DNA from: Bacillus thermozeamaize
GTDB lineage: Bacteria; Bacillota; Bacilli; ZCTH02-B2
Assembly: GCA_002159075.1 (NCBI GenBank)
Contig: LZRT01000070.1
Span: forward strand, 9,007 to 73,006
Length of the DNA stretch: 64,000 bases
Reading direction: 5' to 3'
The first letter of the stretch is position 1, and the number at the start of each line of letters is the position of its first letter. The notes below the pieces were generated by a model, which saw only the letters and a list, made by a program, of their open reading frames with translations, searched no databases and was not told the DNA's origin. Positions 35,607-46,214 of the stretch are shown here, in pieces. The translations under genes and the position numbers were made by a program.

Positions 35607-36332
35607 TCACATCATCTTGCTGAATTCCTTTCGCAATCGATTGATGATTCGCTTTTCCAGACGGGAAATATAGGATTGCGAGATGCCCAAGAGCTCAGCC
35701 ACGTCCTTCTGTGTGCGTTCCTCGCCGCCATCCAGGCCGAATCGGAGTTCCATAATCATCCTTTCACGCTCCGAGAGTTTATCCAGAGCCTTATGTAGCA
35801 GTGCCCGATCGATCTCTTCATCCAAATTCCGGTAAATCATGTCACTGTCCGTGCCCAAGACATCTGACAACAACAGCTCGTTTCCATCCCAGTCGACATT
35901 CAAAGGTTCGTCGAATGATACTTCCGAGCGCGTCTTGTTGTTTCGGCGCAAATACATCAAAATCTCGTTTTCAATGCACCGCGAGGCATAGGTGGCCAGC
36001 TTGATCTTTTTTTCCGGATCAAAGGTGTTCACCGCCTTGATCAGGCCAATCGTACCGATCGAGATCAAATCTTCAATGTTGACACGCGTATTTTCAAACT
36101 TGCGGGCAATGTATACGACCAGCCGCAAGTTTCGTTCGATCAGCATCGCACGGACAGCCGGATCCCCTGCCGGCAACTTCTTCAACAACACCTGTTCCTC
36201 TTCCTTGGTCAAAGGAGGAGGCAACGCCTCGCTGCCGCCGATGTAGTAAACCTCTTCCGATTTTAACCCCAGCCGAAAAAGGATGCGGTACCACCAAAGA
36301 CGGATCTGCAGACGCCATCTGATGAGCAACAC
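35607..36332 (-). CDS. sigE: RNA polymerase sporulation sigma factor SigE (pro-sigmaE)
   Basis: Pro-sequence ...[27 protein letters not shown], then sigma70 regions 2-4. Confidence 0.93.
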   Translation of the reverse strand: MLLIRWRLQIRLWWYRILFRLGLKSEEVYYIGGSEALPPPLTKEEEQVLLKKLPAGDPAVRAMLIERNLRLVVYIARKFENTRVNIEDLISIGTIGLIKAVNTFDPEKKIKLATYASRCIENEILMYLRRNNKTRSEVSFDEPLNVDWDGNELLLSDVLGTDSDMIYRNLDEEIDRALLHKALDKLSERERMIMELRFGLDGGEERTQKDVAELLGISQSYISRLEKRIINRLRKEFSKMM

Positions 36333-36344
36333 TAGTCGACCTCC

Positions 36345-37259
36345 TCAGCTCGCTTGATATTGCAAAAGGGATGGATGAACAATGGCCTGGTAGGCACCAT
36401 CTGAAGACAATGGGGTTGACGTCAGACCGATCAGCACCTTTTTCGTTTCGCACACTTTTTCTGATGTCCACAGAGAAAGCCGATCCGGTCGCAAGGCGAT
36501 TAACCATGACTGTTGCTGTCCAATCGTCCGGTAAGGAATGAGGCGCAGCCGACTGGCCCAGAGATCATCCAAGCCGTCCAATTCCGGCAGGAAGTGGGGC
36601 TGGTTTGATTCTTCAACCAAGCGCCGGATTTGCTGCGGCAGAAACGGAAAAACGGATATCTCGGCCATCATGACCGGTATGCGGCTGAGCGGGTCATAAA
36701 GTTGGTTTCCAGTGTCGACAAGTCCGATGCAGTGAAAGAATTGCCCAGATATTGCTCCTTCCACTCGGATCAGATGGTCCCATTTCAGTTTTTGGTTTTG
36801 CAATGAACGATAGGCAGACTTGGCAAAAACCCACGACAGAGGATATCCCGCTGCCAGAACGAACACGACACTTAATTGGGTCATATCCATCGTCCGCAGA
36901 ACGTGAAAATGGTAAAGCACATCCACCTGCGACTGCAACAGCCAATAAAACGCGAAAACGCCACCGCCGACGGCAAAGGCGGTCATGTAAAATGTGGAAA
37001 CCAGTCGCAAAAATTCCCGCCAGTCACCAAATCCGAAAGCGATCATCAGCATGATGCATGAAAACAGGATCTTGGTGATAAACGTATACAAGAAACCAAA
37101 TGCCAGGAAAAAGAAAAAGAGAACATACAAACCGCCTAAAAAGGCCGCCAGCCATAAACGCCACTTTCGTACCGGTCTGTGCCTCCAGGTGCTGGTCAAC
37201 GACAGAAGCAGATAGTCCATCAACACATTTTGGACAAACAGCAGATCGAGGTAAACCAT
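36345..37259 (-). CDS. spoIIGA: Sigma-E processing aspartic peptidase SpoIIGA
   Basis: 304 aa with an N-terminal 5-TM domain and a C-terminal protease domain with a DTG motif (GLVDTGN). Confidence 0.9.
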   Translation of the reverse strand: MVYLDLLFVQNVLMDYLLLSLTSTWRHRPVRKWRLWLAAFLGGLYVLFFFFLAFGFLYTFITKILFSCIMLMIAFGFGDWREFLRLVSTFYMTAFAVGGGVFAFYWLLQSQVDVLYHFHVLRTMDMTQLSVVFVLAAGYPLSWVFAKSAYRSLQNQKLKWDHLIRVEGAISGQFFHCIGLVDTGNQLYDPLSRIPVMMAEISVFPFLPQQIRRLVEESNQPHFLPELDGLDDLWASRLRLIPYRTIGQQQSWLIALRPDRLSLWTSEKVCETKKVLIGLTSTPLSSDGAYQAIVHPSLLQYQAS

Positions 37260-37367
37260 AGACGAGCCCCCAACACCATGAGTAAGGCCAGTATAAGCTA
37301 TCTATATTTTAAAGTCTGTCTGATCTTGACAGTCTGAGGGCACTTTTTTTGACGGATTTTTGTGCAT

Positions 37368-37400
37368 AAAAAAAATCCCGCGCCCTCATCCTGGCGCGGG
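37368..37400 (-). terminator. Intrinsic terminator after ftsZ
   Basis: On the minus RNA: CCCGCGCC-aggaugag-GGCGCGGG followed by UUUUUUUU, 13 nt past the ftsZ stop. Confidence 0.9.
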
Positions 37401-37412
37401 ACCTTATGTTTC

Positions 37413-38489
37413 TTAACGACGGTTCCGATTGCGCAAAAAGGTGGGAATGTCAAGATTGTCGTTCGAATGAAAGGGACGAAGATCCAACTTGACATCCTCT
37501 TTTTCCAGTTTGCTGCTCGGCCGCTTGGGTTCCTGACGGTGTTCAAATCCAGTCGCAATCACGGTGACATAAATCTCGTCTTCCAGATCTTCCTTGATCA
37601 CAGCACCGAAGATCATGTTCACATCCTGGTCTGCCGCGGATGCGACAATGTCGGCAGCTTCGTTCACCTCATAAAGGCTGAGGTTTGCGCCTCCAGTGAT
37701 GTTCATCAATACCCCTCGCGCTCCGTCGATCGAAGTTTCCAAGAGGGGGCTGCAGATGGCTTTTTTTGCTGCCTCCGTCGCCCGGTTCTCTCCCGAGGAA
37801 ACACCGATCCCCATCAGGGCCGACCCCCGTTCCGTCATGATGGTCTTGACATCTGCAAAATCCAGATTGATCAGCCCCGGAACGGCAATCAGATCGGAAA
37901 TTCCCTGAACGCCCTGGCGGAGCACATTGTCCGCCTCCCGGAACGCCTGCAGCATTGGCGTGTTCTTATCCACAATCTCCAGCAGGCGGTCATTGGGAAT
38001 CACGATCAGGGTATCCACTTTTTCCTTGAGCATGGCGATGCCGTTCTCCGCCTGCATGGCCCGACGCCGTCCTTCAAAACTAAAGGGACGCGTGACGACA
38101 CCAACCGTCAGGGCTCCAAGGGACTTGGCCACTTCCGCGATGACGGGAGCTGCACCGGTTCCAGTGCCGCCACCCATGCCGGCCGTGACAAAAACCATGT
38201 CAGCCCCTTTCAGAATGTTTTCCAGCATCTCTCGGCTCTCTTCGGCCGCCTTTTTGCCTATTTCCGGGTTGGCGCCTGCCCCAAGACCCCGGGTCAGCTT
38301 TTCTCCGATTTGAATTTTATGTTCTGCCTTGGAAAGGTTGAGTGCCTGCGCATCCGTATTTACCGTAATAAATTCGACCCCTTTCACCCCGGCCTCGATC
38401 ATCCGGTTGACGGCATTGCTCCCGCCGCCGCCGACGCCAATGACTTTTATCTGGGCCAGCGATTGGAAATCCATCTCAAACTCCAGCAT
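37413..38489 (-). CDS. ftsZ: Cell division GTPase FtsZ
   Basis: [23 protein letters not shown] contains the tubulin signature GGGTGTG. The RBS is AAAGGAGAGGGAGG. The track ORF is extended 22 codons into ftsA. Confidence 0.96.
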   Translation of the reverse strand: MLEFEMDFQSLAQIKVIGVGGGGSNAVNRMIEAGVKGVEFITVNTDAQALNLSKAEHKIQIGEKLTRGLGAGANPEIGKKAAEESREMLENILKGADMVFVTAGMGGGTGTGAAPVIAEVAKSLGALTVGVVTRPFSFEGRRRAMQAENGIAMLKEKVDTLIVIPNDRLLEIVDKNTPMLQAFREADNVLRQGVQGISDLIAVPGLINLDFADVKTIMTERGSALMGIGVSSGENRATEAAKKAICSPLLETSIDGARGVLMNITGGANLSLYEVNEAADIVASAADQDVNMIFGAVIKEDLEDEIYVTVIATGFEHRQEPKRPSSKLEKEDVKLDLRPFHSNDNLDIPTFLRNRNRR

Positions 38490-38541
38490 CTTTGCGCCTC
38501 CCTCTCCTTTGTCGTAATCCCTCTCATTTGTCGCATAAAGA

Positions 38542-39786
38542 TCAGATAAATTCACTCAGCCAATTCTTTACTCTTTCAAAGGGCGACCCCTTTCGAGCCC
38601 CCTTCTTCTTGCTGTTCGGTTTGGTCTTGCTCTCCACAGGAACGACCCCGGAAGTCCGGTAATGACGTTTTGCCACGTAAAGGATCATCCCGGCTCCATT
38701 CACGTATGCCGGATCCCGGAGGCCAACAAATTGCGGCTGGGCAATCCGCACCGTATTTTTTAAGACAGCTTCCGCCACTTCCCGTAATCCCGGAAGCGAT
38801 ACCACACCCCCGATCAGGACATAGCCGCCTGCCGGCTCCTTTTCCGTGAGCCGTTGAACCTCCTGCCGAATCAGGTAAAAAATTTCTTCAACACGCGGTT
38901 CGATGATATGGGCCAGGTCGGTTTGATTGAATTCTTCTTCGGATTGGCTGCCGATGCGCGGAACTTGGAACACCTCCGCATCGCTGGCGGCAGCGATCAG
39001 GGCATGTCCATGCGTCAGTTTGATGCGTTCGGCAACCTCCGTCTGCGTGCGCAGTCCGATGGCGATATCGTTGGTAATATACTCCCCGCCGATGGGCAGC
39101 ACACTGGTCCTGGTCAAACCGCCGTTTTCGAAAACGGCAATATCCGTTGAGCCAGCGCCCAAATCCAGCAGAATCACGCCCAGCTTTTTTTCATCCGCAG
39201 AAAGTGCAATCTCTGCTGCGGCCAACGGCATCAACACATATCCGCCGACCTGCAGCCCGGCACGTTCGATACAGCGATGGAGATTATGTAACCAGGTTTT
39301 GGAACCCGTGATGATCGTGGCTTCCACTTCCAGACGAACGCCGATCATGCCCCGTGGATCGCGAATATCCCGCAGACCATCGACGATAAATTCATTAGGC
39401 ACGATGTCAATAATTTCCCGATCCGGCGGCAATGCAATCACCCTGGAAGCTTGCAGGACCCGCTCAATGTCCGCTTCGCCGATTTCCCGGTCTTCGTTCG
39501 AGACGGCAACCACGCCATGGCCGGGAAGCAATTCGATGTGATTGCCGGAAATGCCGACATACACCTCATGGATTCGCAGATCCACCATCTGTTCCGCCTG
39601 CGCCACGGCCTGCTTAATGGATTCAACCGTCTGGTCAATATCTACAATGGCCCCTTTTTTGATCCCATTTGCTTCGGCCGAACCGACACCGATCACCTGC
39701 ACTGTATTTGAATGGTACTCGCCGATCATGACACGTATCTTGGATGTACCGATATCCAGCGAGATAATATAATCCAAGCTGTTCAA
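38542..39786 (-). CDS. ftsA: Cell division protein FtsA
   Basis: 414 aa with an actin-like ATPase fold ([16 protein letters not shown]). Confidence 0.94.
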   Translation of the reverse strand: MNSLDYIISLDIGTSKIRVMIGEYHSNTVQVIGVGSAEANGIKKGAIVDIDQTVESIKQAVAQAEQMVDLRIHEVYVGISGNHIELLPGHGVVAVSNEDREIGEADIERVLQASRVIALPPDREIIDIVPNEFIVDGLRDIRDPRGMIGVRLEVEATIITGSKTWLHNLHRCIERAGLQVGGYVLMPLAAAEIALSADEKKLGVILLDLGAGSTDIAVFENGGLTRTSVLPIGGEYITNDIAIGLRTQTEVAERIKLTHGHALIAAASDAEVFQVPRIGSQSEEEFNQTDLAHIIEPRVEEIFYLIRQEVQRLTEKEPAGGYVLIGGVVSLPGLREVAEAVLKNTVRIAQPQFVGLRDPAYVNGAGMILYVAKRHYRTSGVVPVESKTKPNSKKKGARKGSPFERVKNWLSEFI

Positions 39787-39900
39787 ACAGTGGCACCTCC
39801 CTAAAGTCTACCAACCGCCACCCAAAGGTGCGGGAGAAAAACTCCTTCCAGATCTATTTCAACAACACGCGGTGATTTCCTTTTTTTCCAAAACGTTTTT

Positions 39901-40275
39901 TCATACTATTTTTTTCCTGTCTTTTTCATGGGGCCGCCAATCAGACAAACGGTTGAGCAAGATCCGGCGGATCATCGCAAGATTGTTAAACAGGCGAACG
40001 CCAAAGACAAAGATCGCCGCCAAATACAAATCGATCCCAAGCCGTTCGCCCAAAAACGCCAAGCCGGCCGCCAGCAGCGTGTTAGAGAAAAAGCCGCTGG
40101 CAAACACGCGGACATCAAACGTGCCCTCCAGGTTGGCCCGCATCCCCCCAAAAACCGTATCCAAAGCGGCAAGCACCGCCACCGCCAGATAGTGGCTCCA
40201 TGCGGGCGGAATGTGAATATCTGAGCTCAAGCCGAGCAAAATGCCAATCAGCAACCCAGCAAGGGGTAACCACAT
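39901..40275 (-). CDS. sbp: Small basic protein Sbp (DUF1290)
   Basis: 124 aa membrane protein located between ylxX and ftsA, as in B. subtilis. Confidence 0.8.
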   Translation of the reverse strand: MWLPLAGLLIGILLGLSSDIHIPPAWSHYLAVAVLAALDTVFGGMRANLEGTFDVRVFASGFFSNTLLAAGLAFLGERLGIDLYLAAIFVFGVRLFNNLAMIRRILLNRLSDWRPHEKDRKKIV

Positions 40276-40282
40276 GGTTTAA

Positions 40283-41020
40283 TCACTCACTCTCTTTCAA
40301 TCGTTTCATGTATTGAATATTCTGCTTTTCCTGGTAGGGAGGGACAATCACCCTCTCTTTTTTCTCAGGGGTGATTTCCAGCCCGATTTCTCTGAAAACA
40401 TTGGGAATATCTGACACCTGGAGTGCGGCGAGCAAGGTATCTGCATCGCCGATGATGCGAATCTCAAAAGGGAGAGCGACCGGATGGGTATTGACCTGGA
40501 TGCTGTTTCCTACTTTCCGGATGGTGGAGTAGACGAGAAGGCGATAGTCATTAATGGAAATGGCTTTGGCCCCATTGCCATACAGTTCGTCAACCAACGC
40601 CCGGACATCATTGTCCAGCAGTTTCTGATACACTTCCTGCCTCGCTTGCGAAGCGTTGATTTCCCGCCGATACTGGGGCACATCGATGAGGAGAATCAGG
40701 CCAGGACCCTCCATCGTCGTCAAACCGGCCTGGCGCCGGGCTTCTTCCATCTCCCGATACATCACATCACTGATCTCTTCTTCATCATTGCTTGCTCGTT
40801 CATACTGGTTTTTCAACATTTGATATTTAAAGATTTCATTGCGCAACTCCTGGTGTTTCCTGCGCTCATCCTGTATCTGGTTCCGCAATGTGAGGATCAT
40901 GTCCCTGGATTCACCAGTTCCCGGCTCAGCATGGCTTTGAAATTGAATGGCCAGCATCATCCCGGCGATGACCGTGATCAAAAAGATCAACCAATTCGCA
41001 AGCCGCTGATTGGATTTCAT
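40283..41020 (-). CDS. ylxX: DUF881 domain division-cluster protein (YlxX-like)
   Basis: N-terminal TM segment, coiled coil and a C-terminal DUF881 region (GPGLILLIDVP...YGNGAKAISINDYRL). Confidence 0.8.
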   Translation of the reverse strand: MKSNQRLANWLIFLITVIAGMMLAIQFQSHAEPGTGESRDMILTLRNQIQDERRKHQELRNEIFKYQMLKNQYERASNDEEEISDVMYREMEEARRQAGLTTMEGPGLILLIDVPQYRREINASQARQEVYQKLLDNDVRALVDELYGNGAKAISINDYRLLVYSTIRKVGNSIQVNTHPVALPFEIRIIGDADTLLAALQVSDIPNVFREIGLEITPEKKERVIVPPYQEKQNIQYMKRLKESE

Positions 41021-41041
41021 GTTGCGATGCTCCTTTTTTCC

Positions 41042-41866
41042 CTATTCTGGGGCGTTCGTTGAAGGAAGTTCACGTTCAGAAGTGGCCTTTTTGAGCAGGT
41101 TGGGGGTGACCCGCTCTTCGTTGATCATCGCCGGAAGCTCCAGCTTGTCGGACTTTTTCATATTCACCTCAATGTTCCAGGTTCTCAGGACATCAAGGAT
41201 GCCTCCCGGAAGATTCATCGCCTTCTCCAGCACATCGGACGGGCCGATCGCCTCAATCCGAAACGGCGGCGCCATCTGCTTCCCGTTGACATAAATGACA
41301 GGCCCGATGCACCGCAAAGAAGATACGGGGCCGAGCCGTTGTCCGTTGATCGCGACCGCTTCTGCCCCTGCCAGAAACAGATCATTGACGACGGCACGCA
41401 GATCCTCGACATGGACCAGGTAATTGTCCTTTTCTTCCGGGGCCGCCTCTTTTGCTATGGGACTGTCATTCAGGACAATCACCAGACCGGGTCCTGTCAC
41501 CGGGACCAACGCCGCCATCATCCGCATCTTTTCCAACTCGTCATAAAGCAGCTGAATGTTTCCTTTATGTGTGGAAAGATTTTCTTCCATCTTGGCCGTC
41601 TCCGCCTGCAGGAGAGCAAGCTGCTCTTCCATCTTGCGATTCTCATCACGGATGGCCAAAAGCTCCTCCTGAAGCTGCATTTCCGTCTCATTGTCGTATC
41701 GGTGCTCTCCCTGCCGCGCCTGTTGTTTTTCGGAAAGCGTCACCTGGTTATATTGAAAAGCCAAAAGCACCCCAAGCAGCAAAAAAACAAACGTCAGGAG
41801 AACCTGCCCCTTTTTACTGCTGATCTTTTCTTGGGTTGTGCTCCTTTCCCCTTTCTGCATTTCCAT
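41042..41866 (-). CDS. ylxW: DUF881 domain division-cluster protein (YlxW-like)
   Basis: A paralog of the DUF881 protein above (GPGLVIVLNDSP...LAGAEAVAINGQRL). The start is ambiguous: MRLRMEMQKG has several ATGs. I chose MEMQ. Confidence 0.72.
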   Translation of the reverse strand: MEMQKGERSTTQEKISSKKGQVLLTFVFLLLGVLLAFQYNQVTLSEKQQARQGEHRYDNETEMQLQEELLAIRDENRKMEEQLALLQAETAKMEENLSTHKGNIQLLYDELEKMRMMAALVPVTGPGLVIVLNDSPIAKEAAPEEKDNYLVHVEDLRAVVNDLFLAGAEAVAINGQRLGPVSSLRCIGPVIYVNGKQMAPPFRIEAIGPSDVLEKAMNLPGGILDVLRTWNIEVNMKKSDKLELPAMINEERVTPNLLKKATSERELPSTNAPE

Positions 41867-42608
41867 CCGCAATCTCATCCTTTCCAGATAGTTGATACCA
41901 GGCCGCTCCATCGAGGTGCAGGACACCGTCCTTCAACTGTTGCTGCCGCAGGTATCTGGCAATTTGCGGATACAAAGGAAGTTGCTTTCCCAGTTCAGAA
42001 AGAGTTGTATGTACCTCAAATCCGTCTTTCATGTTCAAGATGACCTGTTCCGTCTCGCTTTTATCGGGATGGGGCTGAATGGAATGAATCTGGGCCAGGA
42101 TGGATGGAGGCAATTTTTTTAACTCTGTGATCAGTTTGGGCAGAAGTTGGGCATTTTTCCAATCGCGGATAAATGGCTTGTCTTTGAAACTTTCCTGCCA
42201 GGTACGATGCTGAAGAACGGCCCCGTTTTCAAGGACCACCAAGGGCCCCTCGGGCGTCTCCCAGTTTCCAATCCGTTGCCATTCCTTGATTTGGATGCGC
42301 ACCGCATTGGGAAACTTGTACGTCAGCTCAACATGAGCCACTTCCGGCAAGGACTTGATTTGTTTTTCGATCTGTCGCTTGTGCAGCAAGGTTATCGTCG
42401 AGGCTTGGTAAAGGCCGCTGGCTTCAACCACTTCTTCCGCTTTCAGCAGTTGGTTGCCGACCACCTCAACGGCCTGTATCCGGGAGATCGGCGATTGGAA
42501 GTAAAGAATGCACAACAGGAGAATAAAAAAAAGAATGATGAACAGGATCATCCCTCGATTAGATGTCATTCGGGGTCGCTTCGGCCGATAGGGCAACAAT
42601 TCATTCAT
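41814..42608 (-). CDS. divIB: Cell division protein DivIB/FtsQ
   Basis: N-terminal TM segment, a POTRA domain and a beta domain. The position between murA/murB and ylxW is conserved. Confidence 0.88.
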   Translation of the reverse strand: MNELLPYRPKRPRMTSNRGMILFIILFFILLLCILYFQSPISRIQAVEVVGNQLLKAEEVVEASGLYQASTITLLHKRQIEKQIKSLPEVAHVELTYKFPNAVRIQIKEWQRIGNWETPEGPLVVLENGAVLQHRTWQESFKDKPFIRDWKNAQLLPKLITELKKLPPSILAQIHSIQPHPDKSETEQVILNMKDGFEVHTTLSELGKQLPLYPQIARYLRQQQLKDGVLHLDGAAWYQLSGKDEIADGNAERGKEHNPRKDQQ

Positions 42609-42738
42609 GATCGTTCTTTTAAACTCCTTGAATTATCCTTGTACTCCGTTTCAATGCCAGAGAAACCATAAAAGCACGACACCACAATACGCAAAGAAGC
42701 GATGTACATCTATTTTATTATACACCGCTTCTTTTCTT

Positions 42739-43995
42739 TCAATCTACCGTTTTTCGCGAAATCTTTGCTCCCAACGGCTGCAGCATCTCTTCTATCCGTT
42801 CATAACCACGGTCAATGTGATGAATCTGTTGTACCCTGGTGACTCCTTCAGCCACCAGTCCTGCCAGAACCAATGCGGCTCCGGCCCGCAAATCGGAGGC
42901 TTCCACCACCGCTCCGGTCAGTTGTTTGACGCCGCGTATGAAAGCTGTGTTCAAGTCCACATAGATCGAGGCGCCCATCCGGTTCAGTTCGTTGACATGC
43001 CGAAAACGGGCGTCAAATACCGTTTCCTTGAGAATGCTGACGCCGTCGGCGATGCTTAGAAAGGCCATCATTTGTGCCTGCATGTCGGTCGGGAAACCGG
43101 GAAACGGAGAGGTGGTGACTTTCTTGATCGCCTTCGGTCTTCCAGCCCCTTTGACGTATAACGCGTCATTCCCCTCTCTGACCTGGCACCCGGCCTGCTG
43201 CAGCAGCTCGATCAGAATCCGCACGTGATCAGGGATGACATTTTCCAGAACCACTTCTCCACAGGTCATGGCGCCAGCCACCATCAACGTGCCGGCAACG
43301 ATCCGATCCGGCATCACCGTGTATTCAGCCGTTCTAAGCTTTTTGACCCCCTGTATGAAGATGGTATCCGTCCCTGCCCCCCTGATCCTGGCCCCCATCG
43401 CATTGAGAAAATTTTGCAAGTCCACGATCTCAGGCTCTTTGGCGGCATGGTGGATCACCGTTTCACCTTCTGCCAGCGCCGCAGCCATCATCAGGTTTTC
43501 CGTGGCGCCCACGCTCGGATAATCCAGGTAAATGGTTGTGCCATACAGGCGCGGCGCACGGCAAACCAGACGGCCGTTTTGCTGCCTGATTTCAGCTCCC
43601 ATCCTTTCCAAACCGTCCAAATGCAGGTCAATGCGGCGTTCCCCAATGGCACATCCTCCAGGCCGGGAAACGGTCACCTCGCCAAACCGCGCCAAGAGCG
43701 GTCCCATGAGAAAAATCGAGGAACGCATTTGGCTCATCAGGGATTCCGGCACGACCGATGAGGAGAGCGAGCGCGTATCCAGAATGACGTGCCTGCCTTC
43801 CTGTTTGTTACGGATACCCAAAGATTCCAAAATCTGCAACATCGTGGCGATATCTGTCAACTGAGGAAAATCATGCAGAACGTATTCGCCACTGGCCAAT
43901 ACAGAGGCTGCCAGAATCGGCAATGCTGCGTTTTTTGCGCCGTGAACGCGCACCGAACCGCTGAGAGGTGTTCCCCCGTGAATGACAAACTCCAA
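42739..43995 (-). CDS. murA: UDP-N-acetylglucosamine 1-carboxyvinyltransferase
   Basis: EPT family with an active-site Cys in GCAIG. The start is probably TTG (EFVIHGG...) after GGGGGTGAG. The track ORF is extended 30 codons upstream. Confidence 0.88.
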   Translation of the reverse strand: MEFVIHGGTPLSGSVRVHGAKNAALPILAASVLASGEYVLHDFPQLTDIATMLQILESLGIRNKQEGRHVILDTRSLSSSVVPESLMSQMRSSIFLMGPLLARFGEVTVSRPGGCAIGERRIDLHLDGLERMGAEIRQQNGRLVCRAPRLYGTTIYLDYPSVGATENLMMAAALAEGETVIHHAAKEPEIVDLQNFLNAMGARIRGAGTDTIFIQGVKKLRTAEYTVMPDRIVAGTLMVAGAMTCGEVVLENVIPDHVRILIELLQQAGCQVREGNDALYVKGAGRPKAIKKVTTSPFPGFPTDMQAQMMAFLSIADGVSILKETVFDARFRHVNELNRMGASIYVDLNTAFIRGVKQLTGAVVEASDLRAGAALVLAGLVAEGVTRVQQIHHIDRGYERIEEMLQPLGAKISRKTVD

Positions 43996-44012
43996 TGTCT
44001 CACCCCCGCTCC

Positions 44013-44912
44013 TCAATCCTCCCCCGCGATCTGCACCTCCGTCTTCAAGCGAACCCCAAATTGTTCGTACACCACTTCCTGGCAATAAGCAATCAACGAA
44101 AGTACATCCTTTGCGGTGGCGTTTCCTGTATTTACGATAAAGTTGGCGTGAACATTGGAAATCTTGGCCCCACCCATGGTCGCCCCTTTGAGGCCAGCCG
44201 CCTCAATCAAGCGGGCAGCATAATCCCCTTCCGGGTTGCGGAAAACACTGCCTGCGCACGGCATGTTCAATGGTTGGGTGGCAAGCCGTTTCTGACGGTA
44301 TTTCCGCATCTTTTCCATGATGACGGTGCGATCAAGGGGCTGAAGGTGGAAGATGGCTTCACTGACAATACCCCGTTCCTTTTGCAGGCGGGATGTGCGA
44401 TAGGCAAACCCCATCTCTTCCCGGGTATAACGCACTTGGCCATCCTCGTACAGCACTGTAACTGCCTCCAACACCCGCGATACATCTGACCCGTGAGCGC
44501 CGGCATTCATAAAGACAGCCCCACCCACACTGCCAGGTATCCCACCGGCAAACTCCAAACCGCTCAGGCCTTTCTGTGCCGAAAGGACGGACAGCCGGAC
44601 CAGGGAGCATCCCCCTTCCGCAATCACCCGATGGCCCTCAAACCGGATCTTGTTGAGCTGGTCAAGAGAGACAACAACCCCTCGAATCCCTCCATCACGA
44701 ACCAGCAAGTTGGAACCCCGGCCAATCACAAACCAGGGGACAGCCGCCTCGCGAATATACTTCATGGCCTCGGCCAGCTTTGCCTGACTGGTTGGGACGA
44801 CGTAAATGTCTGCTGGACCGCCCACCTTCCAGGTCGTATGGTTGGCCATCGGTTCCTTTTCCAACACGAGGCCTATCTCCGCTTTTTTCAGTTGCATCGC
44901 CAATTCGTGCAT
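44013..44912 (-). CDS. murB: UDP-N-acetylenolpyruvoylglucosamine reductase
   Basis: FAD-binding PCMH domain with a MurB C-terminal domain. Confidence 0.92.
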   Translation of the reverse strand: MHELAMQLKKAEIGLVLEKEPMANHTTWKVGGPADIYVVPTSQAKLAEAMKYIREAAVPWFVIGRGSNLLVRDGGIRGVVVSLDQLNKIRFEGHRVIAEGGCSLVRLSVLSAQKGLSGLEFAGGIPGSVGGAVFMNAGAHGSDVSRVLEAVTVLYEDGQVRYTREEMGFAYRTSRLQKERGIVSEAIFHLQPLDRTVIMEKMRKYRQKRLATQPLNMPCAGSVFRNPEGDYAARLIEAAGLKGATMGGAKISNVHANFIVNTGNATAKDVLSLIAYCQEVVYEQFGVRLKTEVQIAGED

Positions 44913-45028
44913 GGAACACTTACCTCCTGCCGGTGGTTATTATAGGAGTGCAACGGACAGGTCACACACAAGGTCAGAGGCATCGTGCTGAGTTATAGTA
45001 TGCGGGAGCGGAAATCTGTGACACCTGC

Positions 45029-46147
45029 CTACCGCCGGGCGATCTCGATCAGGGTACGGCAGAGCTTTTGACAAGCATCGGGATGTCCCAGTTTTTTCGC
45101 CGAACGCCCCATCGCCTGAAGGCGTTCCGGGTGATGAAGCAATCCGGCCAGTTCCTCAAAGAGCAGCTGGGCAGATAGGTCCTTTTCCCGGATCATGACA
45201 GAGGCGCCAGAGTCCGTCAGCCAGCGTGCATTTTTCTCCTGGTGATTGTTGGTCACATAGGGCGAGGGAATGAGGATCGACGGCAGCCCCAACGCCGTAA
45301 TCTCGGACAGCATCGTGGCACCGGCGCGGCTGACAACCAAAATCGCGGCCGCCAGCACTTCAGGCATATTGTCGAGAAACGGAAGGATGGTCAGTTTCTT
45401 GCGGACAGAAGGGTTCAGGGACAATTGCTGCTCCGCCTGCCGGCGAATGGTCTCATAATGCACTTCCCCTGTCACATACACAAAATGAACGTCGGGCAAG
45501 GCGGCCAGTTGCGGAATCATGGCCAAAAAAGTCTCATTGATCGCTTTGGCCCCACGGCTGCCGCCGACCACCAGAACCAGTCTGGTTCCGGGGGGCAGTG
45601 ATAAAGAAGCCCATCCTTTCCGGGGATCAGCTTGCACCACCTCAGAGGCTCGTGGATTCCCGGTCAATAAGAGGTTGGCCGACTTGCGAAAATGTCGCTC
45701 CGTTTCGGCAAAACTGAGCGCAATGAGATCGGCATACCGCGACAAAAAGCGGTTGGTCAAGCCTGGTACCACATTTTGTTCATGAATGGCGATCGGGATC
45801 TTCAACCGGTGGGCTGCGTACAAGACCGGGCCAGCCACATATCCACCTGTTCCGAGTACCACATCAGGACGGAACGAACGCAAAAGACGCTTCGCATCAC
45901 GCACACCCCGCACGAAGCGCTGGATGGTTTGCAGATTATATAGACTGAGTGAACGTTTGAACCCTTGAACATCAATTGTTTCGAAGGGCAAGCCCGCCTT
46001 TTTGACAATGGCGTTCTCCAAGCCCTTTTCCGTTCCGATGTACAGGATTTGATTCTCGGGAGATTGCCGCAGCCATTCTTGCGCCACTGCCAGGGCAGGG
46101 TAGACATGTCCACCCGTCCCGCCCCCGGATAAGACCAGCTTCATCAC
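45029..46147 (-). CDS. murG: Undecaprenyldiphospho-muramoylpentapeptide beta-N-acetylglucosaminyltransferase
   Basis: Begins GGTGGHVYPALA and has a GT28 fold. Confidence 0.93.
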   Translation of the reverse strand: MMKLVLSGGGTGGHVYPALAVAQEWLRQSPENQILYIGTEKGLENAIVKKAGLPFETIDVQGFKRSLSLYNLQTIQRFVRGVRDAKRLLRSFRPDVVLGTGGYVAGPVLYAAHRLKIPIAIHEQNVVPGLTNRFLSRYADLIALSFAETERHFRKSANLLLTGNPRASEVVQADPRKGWASLSLPPGTRLVLVVGGSRGAKAINETFLAMIPQLAALPDVHFVYVTGEVHYETIRRQAEQQLSLNPSVRKKLTILPFLDNMPEVLAAAILVVSRAGATMLSEITALGLPSILIPSPYVTNNHQEKNARWLTDSGASVMIREKDLSAQLLFEELAGLLHHPERLQAMGRSAKKLGHPDACQKLCRTLIEIARR

Positions 46148-46214
46148 AACATCACACCTTTACCCTTCCACCCGGCAAGCGATTTTTCTCTGAACAGCCG
46201 CGTTAAAAAAGCCA

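Noticed and set aside
41878-41926. Longer start (MSCTSMERPG...) for the second DUF881 gene, overlapping divIB by 112 nt.
   Set aside because: An overlap this size is unlikely, and no RBS lies upstream. I preferred the internal MEMQKG region, although the exact start remains uncertain.
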